Shown here: positions 38,361 to 49,620 of the stretch, one piece after another | Layout: the number at the start of each line of letters is the position of its first letter | Position numbering within the stretch: the first letter of the stretch is position 1 | NCBI GenBank assembly: GCA_964016885.1 | Contig: OZ024743.1 | Span: forward strand, 113,522,001 to 113,586,000 | Reading direction: 5' to 3' | Origin: Eledone cirrhosa | Lineage: Eukaryota | Length of the DNA stretch: 64,000 nucleotides | Program-made: the position numbers and the translations under genes | The notes under the pieces: model-generated | What the model was told of the DNA's origin: nothing | Database searches by the model: none | Seen by the model: only the letters and a program-made list of their open reading frames with translations

Positions 38361-38498
38361 CATATATATATATATGTATATACACACACATGCATATATA
38401 TGTGTGTGTGTGTATAGTAGTGATAGGGTGGTAAAGATATCAAAGGTATAGAGCAACTGAAGTCCGTAGGGTGAGTTTAAATATAATTATTAAGGCCT

Positions 38499-38640
38499 CT
38501 TACTACAACAACGCCATACCAGGTATGTACATTTTGTTAGCCCTGAGTAAACATTTTCTGGTTCATTTTTTGGCACAAGTTGAACAACTTGGTCCTCAGG
38601 GCTAATGAAACATATGTACTTGGTATGGCACCGTAGTAAT
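38499..38640. repeat. Short fold-back, ~48-bp arms
   Basis: GCCATACCAGGTATGTACATTTTGTTAGCCCTGAG pairs imperfectly with CTCAGGGCTAATGAAACATATGTACTTGGTATGGC. Confidence 0.75.
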
Positions 38641-38746
38641 TATATATATATATATATATATATATAATTTCTGCCGGACCGGCTACCGCTCTTTCAAACC
38701 AGTTCCTGTACACAGCTAAGTATTCTATAAGTCTCTAGCTGTGTCG

Positions 38747-38833
38747 TTCTCGATAAAAGCATTGGATATGTAATCCTGACGATTTCTAATAAGAATGAAA
38801 CGCGTAGGTTACTTCCCTTGCTTTTATCGAGAA
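38747..38833 (+). ncRNA. Type I hammerhead ribozyme with extended stem I
   Basis: UUCUCGAUAAAAGCA/UGCUUUUAUCGAGAA (15 bp), internal loop, GUAAUC/GGUUAC; CUGACGA 38776-82; stem II UUCU/AGAA; GAA-ACGCGU-A (palindromic stem III, GUA triplet). Confidence 0.8.
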
Positions 38834-38934
38834 TCTCAAATTGTAATACGTGACGTATTCTATTCTATAGCGATTAGGTCTTCAAAATGTTTATTATAAA
38901 CATACAGAATATTTTCGAATATTCTATGTTTGTC

Positions 38935-38995
<61 letters not shown>

Positions 38996-39316
38996 GGAGG
39001 CACATGGCTTAGTGGTTAGAGCATTGGAAAGGTTGTGAGTTCAATTCTTAGACTAGGTGATGTGTTGTTTCCTTGAGCAAGACACTTTATTTCACATTGC
39101 TCCAGTTCACTCAGCTGTAGAAATGAGATGATAGGGACTGGGGTCCCTATCATTCCACTGCAAAGTGGTTGTGGAGGTGCCACGGCAAAAAAGCACCCAG
39201 CACTCACTGTAAATGAGGTTGGTGTTAGGAAGGGCATCCAGCTGTAGAAATCAAGCCAAAATCAGTTCCCATCCCACCCTTGCAAGCAGGGAAAAAGCGG
39301 ACGTAAAATGAAATGA

Positions 39317-39320
<4 letters not shown>
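38996..39320 (+). mobile_element. SINE family B
   Basis: Near-identical to 10061-10395 with a small deletion in the head; in (TA)n. Confidence 0.9.
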
Positions 39321-39362
<42 letters not shown>

Positions 39363-39449
39363 ATACACACATAAACATATGCTCTTTTACATGGGCCTAC
39401 CAACTGGCTGAGGCCATGCTAGGACACTGCCATATATATATATATATTA

Positions 39450-39595
39450 CAGATAGGGTGTGGTAAAATACCAGGTGGACCATAACCCACCAGAGTACTT
39501 GATACTTGGGGTAGTATAGTGGGTAATATGAAAAGATTCAGGACCCTAACGGCTGAGCTCTGGCCATTTCGACTGCTAGATCCAGATCTAATGTT
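39450..39595 (+). mobile_element. Half copy of a palindromic element family (see 54512 and 58082)
   Basis: Reverse complement of 58140-58262: CAGATAGGGTGTGGTAAAATA...AGTGGGTAATATGAAAAGATTCAGGACC. Confidence 0.75.
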
Positions 39596-39670
39596 GGGTG
39601 TGTGCGTGTGTTTGTGTAGAGAACAATGAAGACAAGACAGAAATCAGAGATAGGTAGTTAATTAGTTTAT

Positions 39671-39757
39671 TGTTTTACAATCGTTTCAGAGGGTCAATTG
39701 ATTGTGGAAATCGATGTATCGATTAGCCTGGTAGAGATTACATTTTCTTCAGAAACA
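39671..39757 (-). ncRNA. Hammerhead-like motif, long degenerate stem II
   Basis: UGUUU-CUGAAGA-(~58 nt)-GAA-ACGAUUGU-A-AAACA. Confidence 0.5.
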
Positions 39758-39778
39758 CTAAACTAAACTATAGTTTAG

Positions 39779-39899
39779 TGTTTCTGAAGAAGTCAATTGA
39801 TCAAACAGTAATTTAAAGACTAGTAACAGGTAGTAACATAACCGCTACCATGTTAGTTGATTCAACGATCAATTGACCCTCTGAAACGATCATAAAACA
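39779..39899 (+). ncRNA. Hammerhead-like motif with extended stem II
   Basis: UGUUU-CUGAAGA-A-GUCAAUUGAUC...GAUCAAUUGAC-CCUCU-GAA-ACGAUCAU-A-AAACA. Confidence 0.55.
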
Positions 39900-40329
39900 A
39901 TGAACCAAATAAATACCATTGTTCTATACACAAACACACATATATATATAAATGACTCTGTTACCTGGGCAAATTCATCTTCGAGGAAACCTTTATAACC
40001 ACAACAACAATAAATACAGCACAGGTTGACGACTAACCTGGACCATCTTGAATAGATATGTTTTTGTTAGGTGTATAGCAACAGTTACAGGTAGCGCACT
40101 ATTCAATTGTACCCTGAGCTGATCGATATTGAAGCAATTATGATACGTAAATAAAGTTTGTACAGATACTGCAACACTGACTTCAACTCTTTTAAAAACA
40201 CACACACACACACACCATACACATTCATTCACACACAGATGTATGCATGTGTGTGTTTGTGCAAACAATTCAGGTGTTGATAGATAGTTCATTCTGATAT
40301 TGTTTATTTAAGTAATAATATCTATCTGT

Positions 40330-40830
40330 TTGGTTTAATTTCAATTATTTTGATTTTTCTTTTCTAGCTTAGTTATGTAGAGCTAAGCTACATATCTCTG
40401 TAAAGTTTATTTTCAATATAGAAATAATAAAGAAAAAGGGGAACAAAAGGAAAGAAAGAATAGGGAAATATATTAAAAAAAAAAAAGAGAGAGAGAGAAA
40501 GAAAGAAGAAAAAGAACGGAAATGGGAGGGGATGGCAAGAGCTCTGGTGAGAGGGGGTGAGGGGCAGAGGTGATTGGGCTTTTGGCCTAGGGCAAGAGGG
40601 CAGAAGTGCTGCGCCCCACAGCCAAGATGGCAAAAGCATTCCCACGGATGATGGCCAGTGACACCTGCTGCAACAGCCACCCAACCTCACGGGACTCCCT
40701 CCTCAGGCAGGCTGCCAATGCTCCGATCTTGCGGAGGAGCTCGACAGTACGGGGTCCAAGTACGCCTGTGGTCTCAACGGTGACCGGTGCGAAGAGGAAG
40801 CGGCCGGACAAACCCTGGTGTTTGTTTATT
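40330..40830 (-). mobile_element. 3' fragment of a CRE-like (restriction-like endonuclease) non-LTR retrotransposon
   Basis: ORF 40587..40847: FLFAPVTVETTGVLGP...LLRKIG...WLLQQVSLAIIRGNAFAIL resembles the F.P..VET.G..G...QR.S.AI.RGNA C-terminal signature; GC-rich relative to flanks. Confidence 0.7.
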
Positions 40831-41228
40831 TTACGTTCTTCTGCCATGCTGGAGTTTGTGGAGTGACTAAGTTGGAGGTGGAGAAGGGAATGGGAAGAGG
40901 GTGGTTATTTTCATGCTAACATAAATTGAAGTCTTTATCTAGTATCGCATAGGCTGTGGCTTTACTGATGCTAACTTCATTTAATATTTTACATTTTATG
41001 GGTGGCTTTGGTCTGTATCAGTCCAAGGCCAGGCTCATTGTTAATTCTGCTCTGGTTTAGTGGCCCTTCTTTGGTTGTATTTCATCTGGGTATTTATCAT
41101 TATGTCATTAGATCATATGGATTTGGAGCTTATGGTTTATCCCAACGGTTATTTTGTGTGTGTGTTTTCATTTCATTTCATAAATGAAAACACACACACA
41201 CATAGAACAAACAACTTACCCGGATGTG

Positions 41229-41275
41229 GCGCATGCGCAAACTGAGCACGCAACCCACACACAAACAAAATGGCG
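41229..41275 (+). promoter_or_regulatory. NRF1-like (GCGCATGCGC) and YY1-like (AAAATGGCG) motifs upstream of HHR
   Basis: Exact motif matches; same order on the minus strand at 12589-12580 and 12530-12521. Confidence 0.5.
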
Positions 41276-41321
41276 TAGGATAGAAGAAAGGAAAGGCACA
41301 GAAACGAAGAAAGAAATCCCC

Positions 41322-41366
41322 AGTCACTGAAGAGGTCACAGAGTGTGTGACGAAAGAACTATGACT
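41322..41366 (+). ncRNA. Type I hammerhead ribozyme
   Basis: AGUCA-CUGAAGA-G-GUCACA-GAGUG-UGUGAC-GAA-AGAACU-A-UGACU: 5-bp stem I, 6-bp stem II, minimal stem III, CUA triplet (cut after 41361). Confidence 0.8.
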
Positions 41367-41447
41367 ATATATATATAAACAACTATATATATATAAACAA
41401 CTATCTGGTTGTGGAACCAACCAACCAACCAGAAATTTATAAATTTC

Positions 41448-41487
41448 AGTCACTGAAGAGGTCACAGAGTGTGTGACGAAAGAACTG
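41448..41487 (+). ncRNA. Second tandem hammerhead copy (cleavage site altered to CUG)
   Basis: Core and stem II identical to 41322, 126 nt downstream; the 3' strand of stem I differs. Confidence 0.6.
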
Positions 41488-41689
41488 TAAATTTATAAAT
41501 ATATATTAAATTAAATTGAAGTGAAAGCAACTGGTGCGTGTGTTTCTTATTGGCAACATGACCCTCCCAAAGTATAACAATATCGGTTTCAACACACGAT
41601 TTCAGATAAAGAATCTTGCTAAACAAATTCAGAAACGATATATATATATATATATATATATATAATGTGTATATATATATATATATATA

Positions 41690-41765
41690 CAGGGTGTCCC
41701 AAAAATGTATACACACTTTAACAGCACTCTAATCAAAGGGTGTATACATTTTTTGGGATATCCTG
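41690..41765. mobile_element. 76-bp Tc1/mariner-type mini-MITE
   Basis: TIRs CAGGGTGTCCCAAAAATGTATACAC / GTGTATACATTTTTTGGGATATCCTG within (TA)n. Confidence 0.85.
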
Positions 41766-42148
41766 TATATATATATATATATAGTTCATTCACACTGTTT
41801 CTACCTGCCTTTCCACACTTATTCAATGTCTGTCCCCCCCCCCCTCCCACACACTTTGTCTCTATCTTCTCCTCCCTCACTACTATTGTTTTGTTGTTTT
41901 TGAAGTCTATAAAAATCAATTATGAAATATTTTTTTGTTATACTTGTACAGTTTTGAAGCAGTAATACAGAAGAATACTATATATGACTGCAACATATAG
42001 TAGTACTAGTTGTCATGTTGGTGAGGTAGTGTTATAGTTGTATTGGTATTTATACAATATTGGTATATTGCTGTTGTTCTGGTTTAACTGTGGTGGGGAA
42101 GCCAGCCTTGATTGGACTCTTTTACAATATGTTCAAAGACAACCCAGT

Positions 42149-43255
42149 GTATAACAGAGTTGATAGCAGTACTATAACAGAGTTGATAGCAATACTATAA
42201 CAGTGTAGGTAGCAGTACTGTAACAGTGTTGGTAGCAGTACTGTAACAGTGTTGGTAGTAGTACTGTAACAGTGTTGGTAGCAGTACTGTAACAGTGTAG
42301 GTAGCAGTACTATAACAGTGTTGGTAGCAGTACTGTAACAGTGTTGGTAGCAGTACTGTAACAGTGTAGGTAGCAGTACTGTAACAGTGTTGGTAGCAGT
42401 ACTGTAACAGTGTAGGTAGCAGTACTGTAACAGTGTTGGTAGCAGTACTATAACAGTGTAGGTAGCAGTACTGTAACAGTGTAGGTAGGAGTACTGTAAC
42501 AGTGTTAGTAGCAGTACTTTAACGGTGTTGATAGCAGTACTGTAACAGTGTAGGTAGCAGTACTGTAACAGTGTTGATAGCAGTACTATAACAGTGTAGG
42601 TAGCAGTACTTTAACGGTGTTGATAGCAGTACTGTAACAGTGTTGATAGCAGTACTGTAACAGTGTTGAAAGCAGTACTGTAACTGTGTTGGTAGCAGTA
42701 CTGTAACACTGTTAGTAGTGGTACTGTAACAGTGTAGGTAACAGTACTATAACAGAATAACAGTGTAGGTAGCAGTACTGTAACACTGTTAGTAGTGGTA
42801 CTGTAACAGTGTTAGTAGCGTTACTGTAACAATGTTAGTAACAGTACTGTAACTGTGTTGGTAGCAGTACTGTAACTGTGTTGGTAGCAGTACTGTAACA
42901 GTGTAGGTAATGGTACTATAACAGAATAACAGTGTAGGTAGCAGTACTTTAACACTGTTAGTAGTGGTACTGTAACAGTGTTGGTAGCAGTACTGTAACA
43001 GTGTTAGTAGCAGTACTATAACAGTGTTGGTAGCAGTACTGTAACTGTGTTGGTAGCAGTACTGTAACAGTGTAGGTAACAGTACTATAACAGAATAACA
43101 GTGTAGGTAGCAGTACTTTAACACTGTTAGTAGTGGTACTGTAACAGTGTTAGTAGCAGTACTATTTACAGTGTTGGGTACATGTAATAACAGTATTGAT
43201 TACATAATTATAACAGTAGCAGTACTGTAACACTGTTACTAGCAGTACTATTAGA
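42149..43255. repeat. 23-bp minisatellite (GCAGTACTGTAACAGTGTTGGTA), degenerating rightwards
   Basis: Period of 23 directly visible. Confidence 0.92.
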
Positions 43256-43956
43256 CTGTGTGTAGAAGCCTGATAATTTTTGTCAACCTTCAAACCTCTT
43301 TCTCCTAACTTTACCCTTTCCTGGTGGACGACTAATGTCCAATATGTTCAATATGTCGAAACATTAATTTTCTTTTTCCAACAACAGTGAAACTAAGAAG
43401 ACTTTGTGTAATTGTATCTTTGTGTTTGTCTTTTTTAATCTTGTTGTTCAGTACTAGGTTGACCTAAATTGAAAAGTCCTTTGAAAGAAGAGATTACAGC
43501 TGTGACCATCTATTGAGTGGTAGTGGAGGAATTAGACATGTCATGTATCTAGGATTACATCATCAAATGTGTTCTGTTTGGGATTTTCATATAACACAAA
43601 AGTCTTTTTTCATATAACACTAGTGGCCCAATACAGTTAATAATGACAGTAATAACGGTTAAGGTATTTAATTTTTGCAATCCCCCATTTGATATGTCAT
43701 ATATACCAGAATTACTGGAATTATGAACAATCATACAAAACTGGGGAATTTGCATTTTGATAAATTTATCATTTGCATAAGAGAAACCCTATAGCTTATG
43801 TTGATTATTGACATGTGTAAGTAATTAGATATAACATTGTGGCCATGTGCCATAAATAATGATTGCAATAATGTTGCATATATTTAAATTTTGGAATCCA
43901 CAATTGGTATGCCATTTTTTCCAGGATTATGGGACATACAAGATTTGTCCTAAGTA

Positions 43957-45176
43957 TAGAGGATGTACATGAAAGTACCAGTTAGGTCCTTCACAATATA
44001 ACCCTTTGGAAATCATACAATGGTTACAACGTTTTTTCCATTGATCGTCGCAATACCAGAAGTTATTTTCTGTGAGTGTCCTTAGCTTATTATTTACAAT
44101 TTTTTTATGCTTTCAACAGTCCCAAAATAATGACCCTTCAACTTAGGGAAGAGGTAGAAATCACACAGAGCTAGATATGGGCTGTCGGGAGGATGTGGAA
44201 GAGTGGGAATGTTTTTATTTGCCAGAAATTCTCAATTGAAAGTGCTGTGTGAGCAGGTACATTATTGTGGTACAGTACCCAAACTTCTGCAATGTCCTTT
44301 TGGACTCACTGGACCCATTTTCAAAGTTGTTCCAAGACATCTTTGTATTATTGGAAGGTGCAATTAACTGTCTGTCCTGGAGGTAAACATTCTTTATGAA
44401 CAATACTGTTGAAAAAAATGATAATCATTATTTTCACCCTGGATCTGCTTATATTTGCTTTCTTTGGATGAGGAAAATGTTTTTGTGTCCATTCCTCACT
44501 TTGCTGTTATGTCTCTAGACCATACTTGAACAACTGTGATTCATCTCTTGTTATTACTATACCAAGAAATTTGACTCAATTTCAAGTTTTTCTATCAAAT
44601 CCTGACAAATTTCCAAGCGGTTCACTTTTTTTGCTCCACAGATAAATGTTTGGGCAATTAGTTTTGCCCAATTTTTTTGCATGTGCAAATGATTGGTCTG
44701 TTAAAATTATGTGAACTGCATTTTTATCCAAGCCCCCTTTCTTCTGCAATTATCCTAGCACTTAATCAGCGACTTTTTTGTCATCACCACTCACGCCACT
44801 TCCACATTTTGTTCATTTGTTGACTAGATTGGCCTTCCAGAATGATGTTTATCTTCCATATTTTCTCAGCCTTCTTTGGAAGCTTTGTGCCACTTAAAAA
44901 CCTTACCTTATTTCTCGATAGAGTGGTATTTCCATAAGCTTGTGTTAAAGAATTAAAAGTTTCTGTGGTATATTTGTTGAGTTTCACACAAAATTTGATC
45001 GTTAACATAACAGAAGTTATAACATGCCTATACATAATCAGCAATAACTCATGATTGACTCAATCATATTGAAACAAGTATGTAGGTGCAATCAAAGTCA
45101 TAACCAACATGCCTATATATATCATCAAGGGGCTGCATTACCATATTCAGTACTCTTACTTTTGGGACAATCCTAC
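43957..45176 (-). mobile_element. Decayed mariner transposon
   Basis: N-terminal IKFCVKLNKYTTETFNSLTQAYG..TLSR (ORF 44784..45044). Minus-strand translation near 44140-44205 gives LPHPPDSPYLALCDFYLFPK (YSPDLAP.D motif). Degenerate TIRs; ~1.2 kb. Confidence 0.88.
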
Positions 45177-45884
45177 AAACTGAGAAATTTGCATTTTGAT
45201 AATTTATGGTTTGCATAAAAGGAACCCTATATTTTATGTTGATTACTGAAGTAATTAAAGATAAAATTGATATTTTAATCATTTATTTCTAGGATTTAAT
45301 TCCATAAATGTTTAGCATATATACACCAATGACATATAAGATTAAATATATGAGTAACTTTGGAGAAATAACTATTTACAGGGATGAATGTAGGGTTAGA
45401 ACCCAGAACTGGAAAGCAAGCTTCTTATTGTAGCATGACTGATATAAGAAATGCATTGTGTGTGTATGTGATTGAATTTTAAAGAGTTACAGACAGAGAT
45501 ATATATAAATATATGCACACACATATAGTATTATGGTTAATGGTAGGGTGGTTTGAGTGGAAAAGATGACAGGCATCAATGTAGACCAGTGGTTTTGAAA
45601 TGCTGAGCCATTACACATTAGTTTTCCATAAGTTATAGCTTGGTGTGTCTCAAAATTACTAAAGTATATTTAACTCTTTTGTTACAAAACTGCCTGAAAC
45701 CACCACTGAATCTACAAATGTTTATATCTATCTAAAAACCTTCCACCATAATTATATAAAAAGACCTTTATATTATTCCCCAAACACAAACTTAATAAGG
45801 AGGAATTTAATCACTATTAAATCCTTCCAAATCTTTGACTATTTTCAAGATTATTTGAGAATTATAGGCAATGACTTTCTTTAG

Positions 45885-47095
45885 AAATGTTTTGTCGACC
45901 TTGAAAAGTCAAATGACCAAGTTCTGCAGGAGATTGGGATCAATGGTCAACTTCTTGCTGCCCTGATGTCTATATGAATACCTGAACAAATGGTGATAAA
46001 TCAAAACCATTCAATGTGGGAGTTGGACTCTGTCAATGGTGCGTACTGTCACCTCTCTTGGATTGGCAGTATCGGTAGAGAGTCGGACGCCATGCTTTCC
46101 AGCATAGTTACGTCCCTTTACGGTCTGAGTTCAAATCCCGCCAAGGTTAACTTTGCCTTTCATCCTTACAGGCTCGATAAAATAAAGTACCAGTAATGTA
46201 CTGGGTAATTGATGGCCTTGTGCCAAAAGTAGAAACAATTATTTTCTTGAACAGGATTGACATGTGCAGCCGGGTTGGAAGTAGCATCATGACTGGCATG
46301 TGTAAAATCTGTCAGCTGGAATTTGCAGACGACATGGTGTTACTTAACTCGACAGAGAGTGATCTCCAACTTGCACTCGATAGGTTTGATGCCGAGTGCT
46401 GCTTGGCTGGAATGAAAATATATGCTGTGTAAACTGAGATACTCATCCTCTGAATGAAACTTGCACTGCACTCTATTTGTGAATGGTGTTCCACTGAAGA
46501 AGGTGGAGAAGTTCAAATATCTTGGGGCTGTGTTCTCAAGTGATGGAAGGCAGAAAACTAAATTAATTGCAAGAATTACAGGAGTTGGTGCAATAATGTG
46601 CCAGCTTCAGCATTCAGTAATTAGAAGAAGAGAGGTAGGTGTAAAAGCCAAATTCGCTATCTTCAATTCGGTATTTGTGCCAACCCTTATCTATGGTAAA
46701 GAATCTAGGGTAATGACCAAAAGAATACAATTGTGAATACAAGCGTCCAAAATAGGCTTCTCCTGAAGGATCTTTGGAGTAATGTTGCTCGAGAGAGTGT
46801 GTAGCTCAAAAATCAGAGAGTCACTCCAAATTGAGAGCTCACAGCTCCGATACTATGGGCATGTGGTTAGAATGTCTCAGGAAAGAATCACTGGGCAGAT
46901 TTTATGGGCATACCCAACTGGCAAGAGACCCAGGGGAAGACCCTGAGCAAGATGGTTGGATAACATCCATGAGCTTGGCTTGGAGAACCAGCAAGATCAG
47001 TTGGAGATGGTTGCTTCTGACAGGACCCGCTGGAAGGGGTGTTTGAGGACTCTGTTCCACGACCCTCTCAGGAATAAGTGCGTGAAGAAGAAGAT
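45885..47095 (+). mobile_element. Decayed RTE-type LINE (second family) interrupted by a SINE
   Basis: QLEFADDMVLL, KVEKFKYLG, FVPTLIYGKES, GKRPRGRP; (GAA)n end. Confidence 0.85.
46060..46241 (+). mobile_element. tRNA-SINE family A nested in LINE
   Basis: GGATTGGCAGTATCGGTAGAG...GAGTTCAAATCCCGCC...GTAGAAACAATTATT. Confidence 0.9.
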
Positions 47096-48463
47096 AGGGC
47101 AAAAAAAGAGTTTAAAATTTTGAAAAATACAAATTAAAATTCTAAATATAAATTTATGATAACTATGCTTCATTTATTGAATAACGGATAAATAAATAAA
47201 TAAATACGTCATTTTCTAACCGGGTCTCTTCATCCCTTCCTCCTCCAGTTGTGGAGACTTCTAGTCTGTAGTAACATATGGCATGTCTTGGGTACTTTAT
47301 TCCTGAGACAATTCCCTACCTAGGTTTCAATGCAGCCAATAACTTTTAAGGGAAGGAGAGTGATAGAATGGGATAGGGGAAGTGAAAATAAGATATAGAG
47401 GAAGAATTGATCTCAGTACTTGACCAGTATAAGCTTCAAAAGGATGAAAGGCAAAATGGAGGTGATGGGATTTGAGCTAAAAAACCACAGGGAGCTGGAA
47501 TGACTACCACAAATCATTCCATCCAACATTCTAACAACTCTGTGAATGTGCCACCCCTTCCTTCCTTGACTAAACATTGAAAAATAAAAAATGATATCTT
47601 CAGCCATTGTACACTTTGTTGTGCCCCATTATAAGGTCCCAAAATCTCCTGTCTTCACTTTACTTACCTATCTCACACTTTGCATTTTAGGCAGTGTTAG
47701 GAGCTGTCATAGTGTTGGGGGTTTCTTAATATATTCCACGACCCAATTTGAATTATGATCCAATTGAACTCAAGATCTTCCACATTATGATGAACAAATT
47801 CTTCAGTTGTGACCCAGAGACCTTAATGTATTATGGGAAACAATGGAATGCAGCCACTTTCTGTCATTCTTATTATTGGTGGTGGTGGGGGTGGGGGTAA
47901 ATTTAAATTCTAGTTCCACTCTTGAAAATTAGAAGCATGATTCAGTATAAGGTTAAGATACTTCATCTAAAGGTCATTAGTTCAACACATACTAGAAACA
48001 TTAAAATGTAATCTTGAGCAAAATACATTGATCTAATATTTTAACCTGCCTTCTGGTAAAAAAAGAAATAATAAAATCTTTTTTCACATTTAAGCCCATG
48101 ATTTAGGTCATCTAAATTGTAAAACATAAAATTTTGTGGATAAAAACATTCAAGTGAGTTATTTCGAAAATGAGGGGAAAAAATCCAATATGTCAGATAA
48201 TTGTCCTTCTTTAGAGAGAAAAATATTTCTCAGGCCAATGCAGAGGTTGCTAGGAAACAATTGTAAGACAATTTGTGAGAGAGCCTCTCTACAGTTGCAC
48301 AACATGCTAGAAATAGTAGCCATATTTCCCTTAAAACATACTTTACTATCATCATCACTGTTTAATGTCTATTTTCCATGCTTGCATGGTTTAGAAAGTT
48401 GTCACGTGCTGAGAGCAGGCAACTCAGGTGACTAGATCCTGCTTGTATGCTTTGTTTTGGCTT

Positions 48464-49620
48464 GGTTTCTACAGCTGGATGCCCTTCCTAGCACCATCCA
48501 TTTTACAACATGTACTGGGATCAAGGGTTCCAAGGCTGGATGCCCTTCCGAGCACCATCCACTTTACAGCATGTACTGGGATCAAGGTTTCTACAGCTAG
48601 ATGCCCTTCCTAGCACCATCCACTTTACAGCATGTACTGGCATCAAGGATTCTACAGCTAGATGCCCTTCTTAGCACCATCCACTTTACAGCATGTACTG
48701 GGATCAAGGTTTCTACAGCTAGATGCCCTTCTTAGCACCATCCATTTTACAGCATGTACTGGGATCAAGGATTTTACAGTTGGATGCCCTTCCTAGTACC
48801 ATCCATTTTACAGCATGTACTGGGTCAAGGGTTCTATGACTGGATGCCCTTCCTAGCACCATTCACTTTACAGCATGTACTGGGATCAAGGTTTCTACAG
48901 CTGGATGCCCTCCCTAGCACCATTCACTTTACAGCATGTACTGGGATCAAGGTTTCTACAGCTGGATGCCCTTCCTAGCACCATTCACTTTACAGCATGT
49001 ACTGGGATCAAGGTTTCTACAGCTGGATGCCCTCCCTAGCACCATTCACTTTACAGCATGTACTGGGATCAAGGATTCTACAGCTAGATGCCCTCCCTAG
49101 CACCATTCACTTTACAGCATGTACTGGCATCAAGGATTCTACAGCTAGATGCCCTTCCTAGCACCATCCATTTTACAGCATGTACTGGGATCAAGGGTTC
49201 TACAGCTAGATGCCCTTCTTAGCACCATCCATTTTACAGCATGTACTGGGATCAAGGATTCTACAGCTAGATGGCCTTCCTAGCACCATCCATTTTACAG
49301 CATGTACTGGCATCAAGGATTCTACAGCTAGATGGCCTTCCTAGCACCATCCATTTTACAGCATGTACTGGGATCAAGGGTTCTACAGCTAGATGCCCTT
49401 CCTAGCACCATCCATTTTACAGCATGTACTGGCATCAAGGATTCTACAGCTAGATGCCCTTCCTAGCACCATCCATTTTACAGCATGTACTGGGATCAAG
49501 GGTTCTACAGCTAGATGGCCTTCCTAGCACCATCCATTTTACAGCATGTACTGGGATCAAGGGTTCCAAGGCTGGATGACCTTCCTAGCACCATCCACTT
49601 TACAGCATGTACTGGGATCA
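48464..49620 (+). repeat. 61-bp satellite, ~19 units (GGTTTCTACAGCTRGATGCCCTTCCTAGCACCATCCAYTTTACAGCATGTACTGGGATCAA)
   Basis: GCCC recurs at 48481, 48542, 48603, 48664 and onward; embedded in a minus-strand RTE-type tail (48348-49830). Confidence 0.95.

Larger units (their letters stand above)
39606..39940. mobile_element. Fold-back element with two divergent hammerhead-like cores
   Basis: Inverted segments 39606-39628/39917-39939, 39670-39709/39861-39901 and a central hairpin 39745-39791. Confidence 0.7.
41200..41640 (+). mobile_element. Non-coding hammerhead element with tandem ribozyme motifs (family of 12241-13135)
   Basis: Shares the HHR type and terminus ATGACCCTCCC.AAGTATAACAATAT..GTTTC.ACACACGATTTCA with 13054-13100. 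Confidence 0.8.

Noticed and set aside
38543-38601. Minus-strand CUGAGGA...GAAA as a hammerhead
   Set aside because: About 17 unpaired nt between the hairpin and GAAA, and no valid stem III or stem I register.
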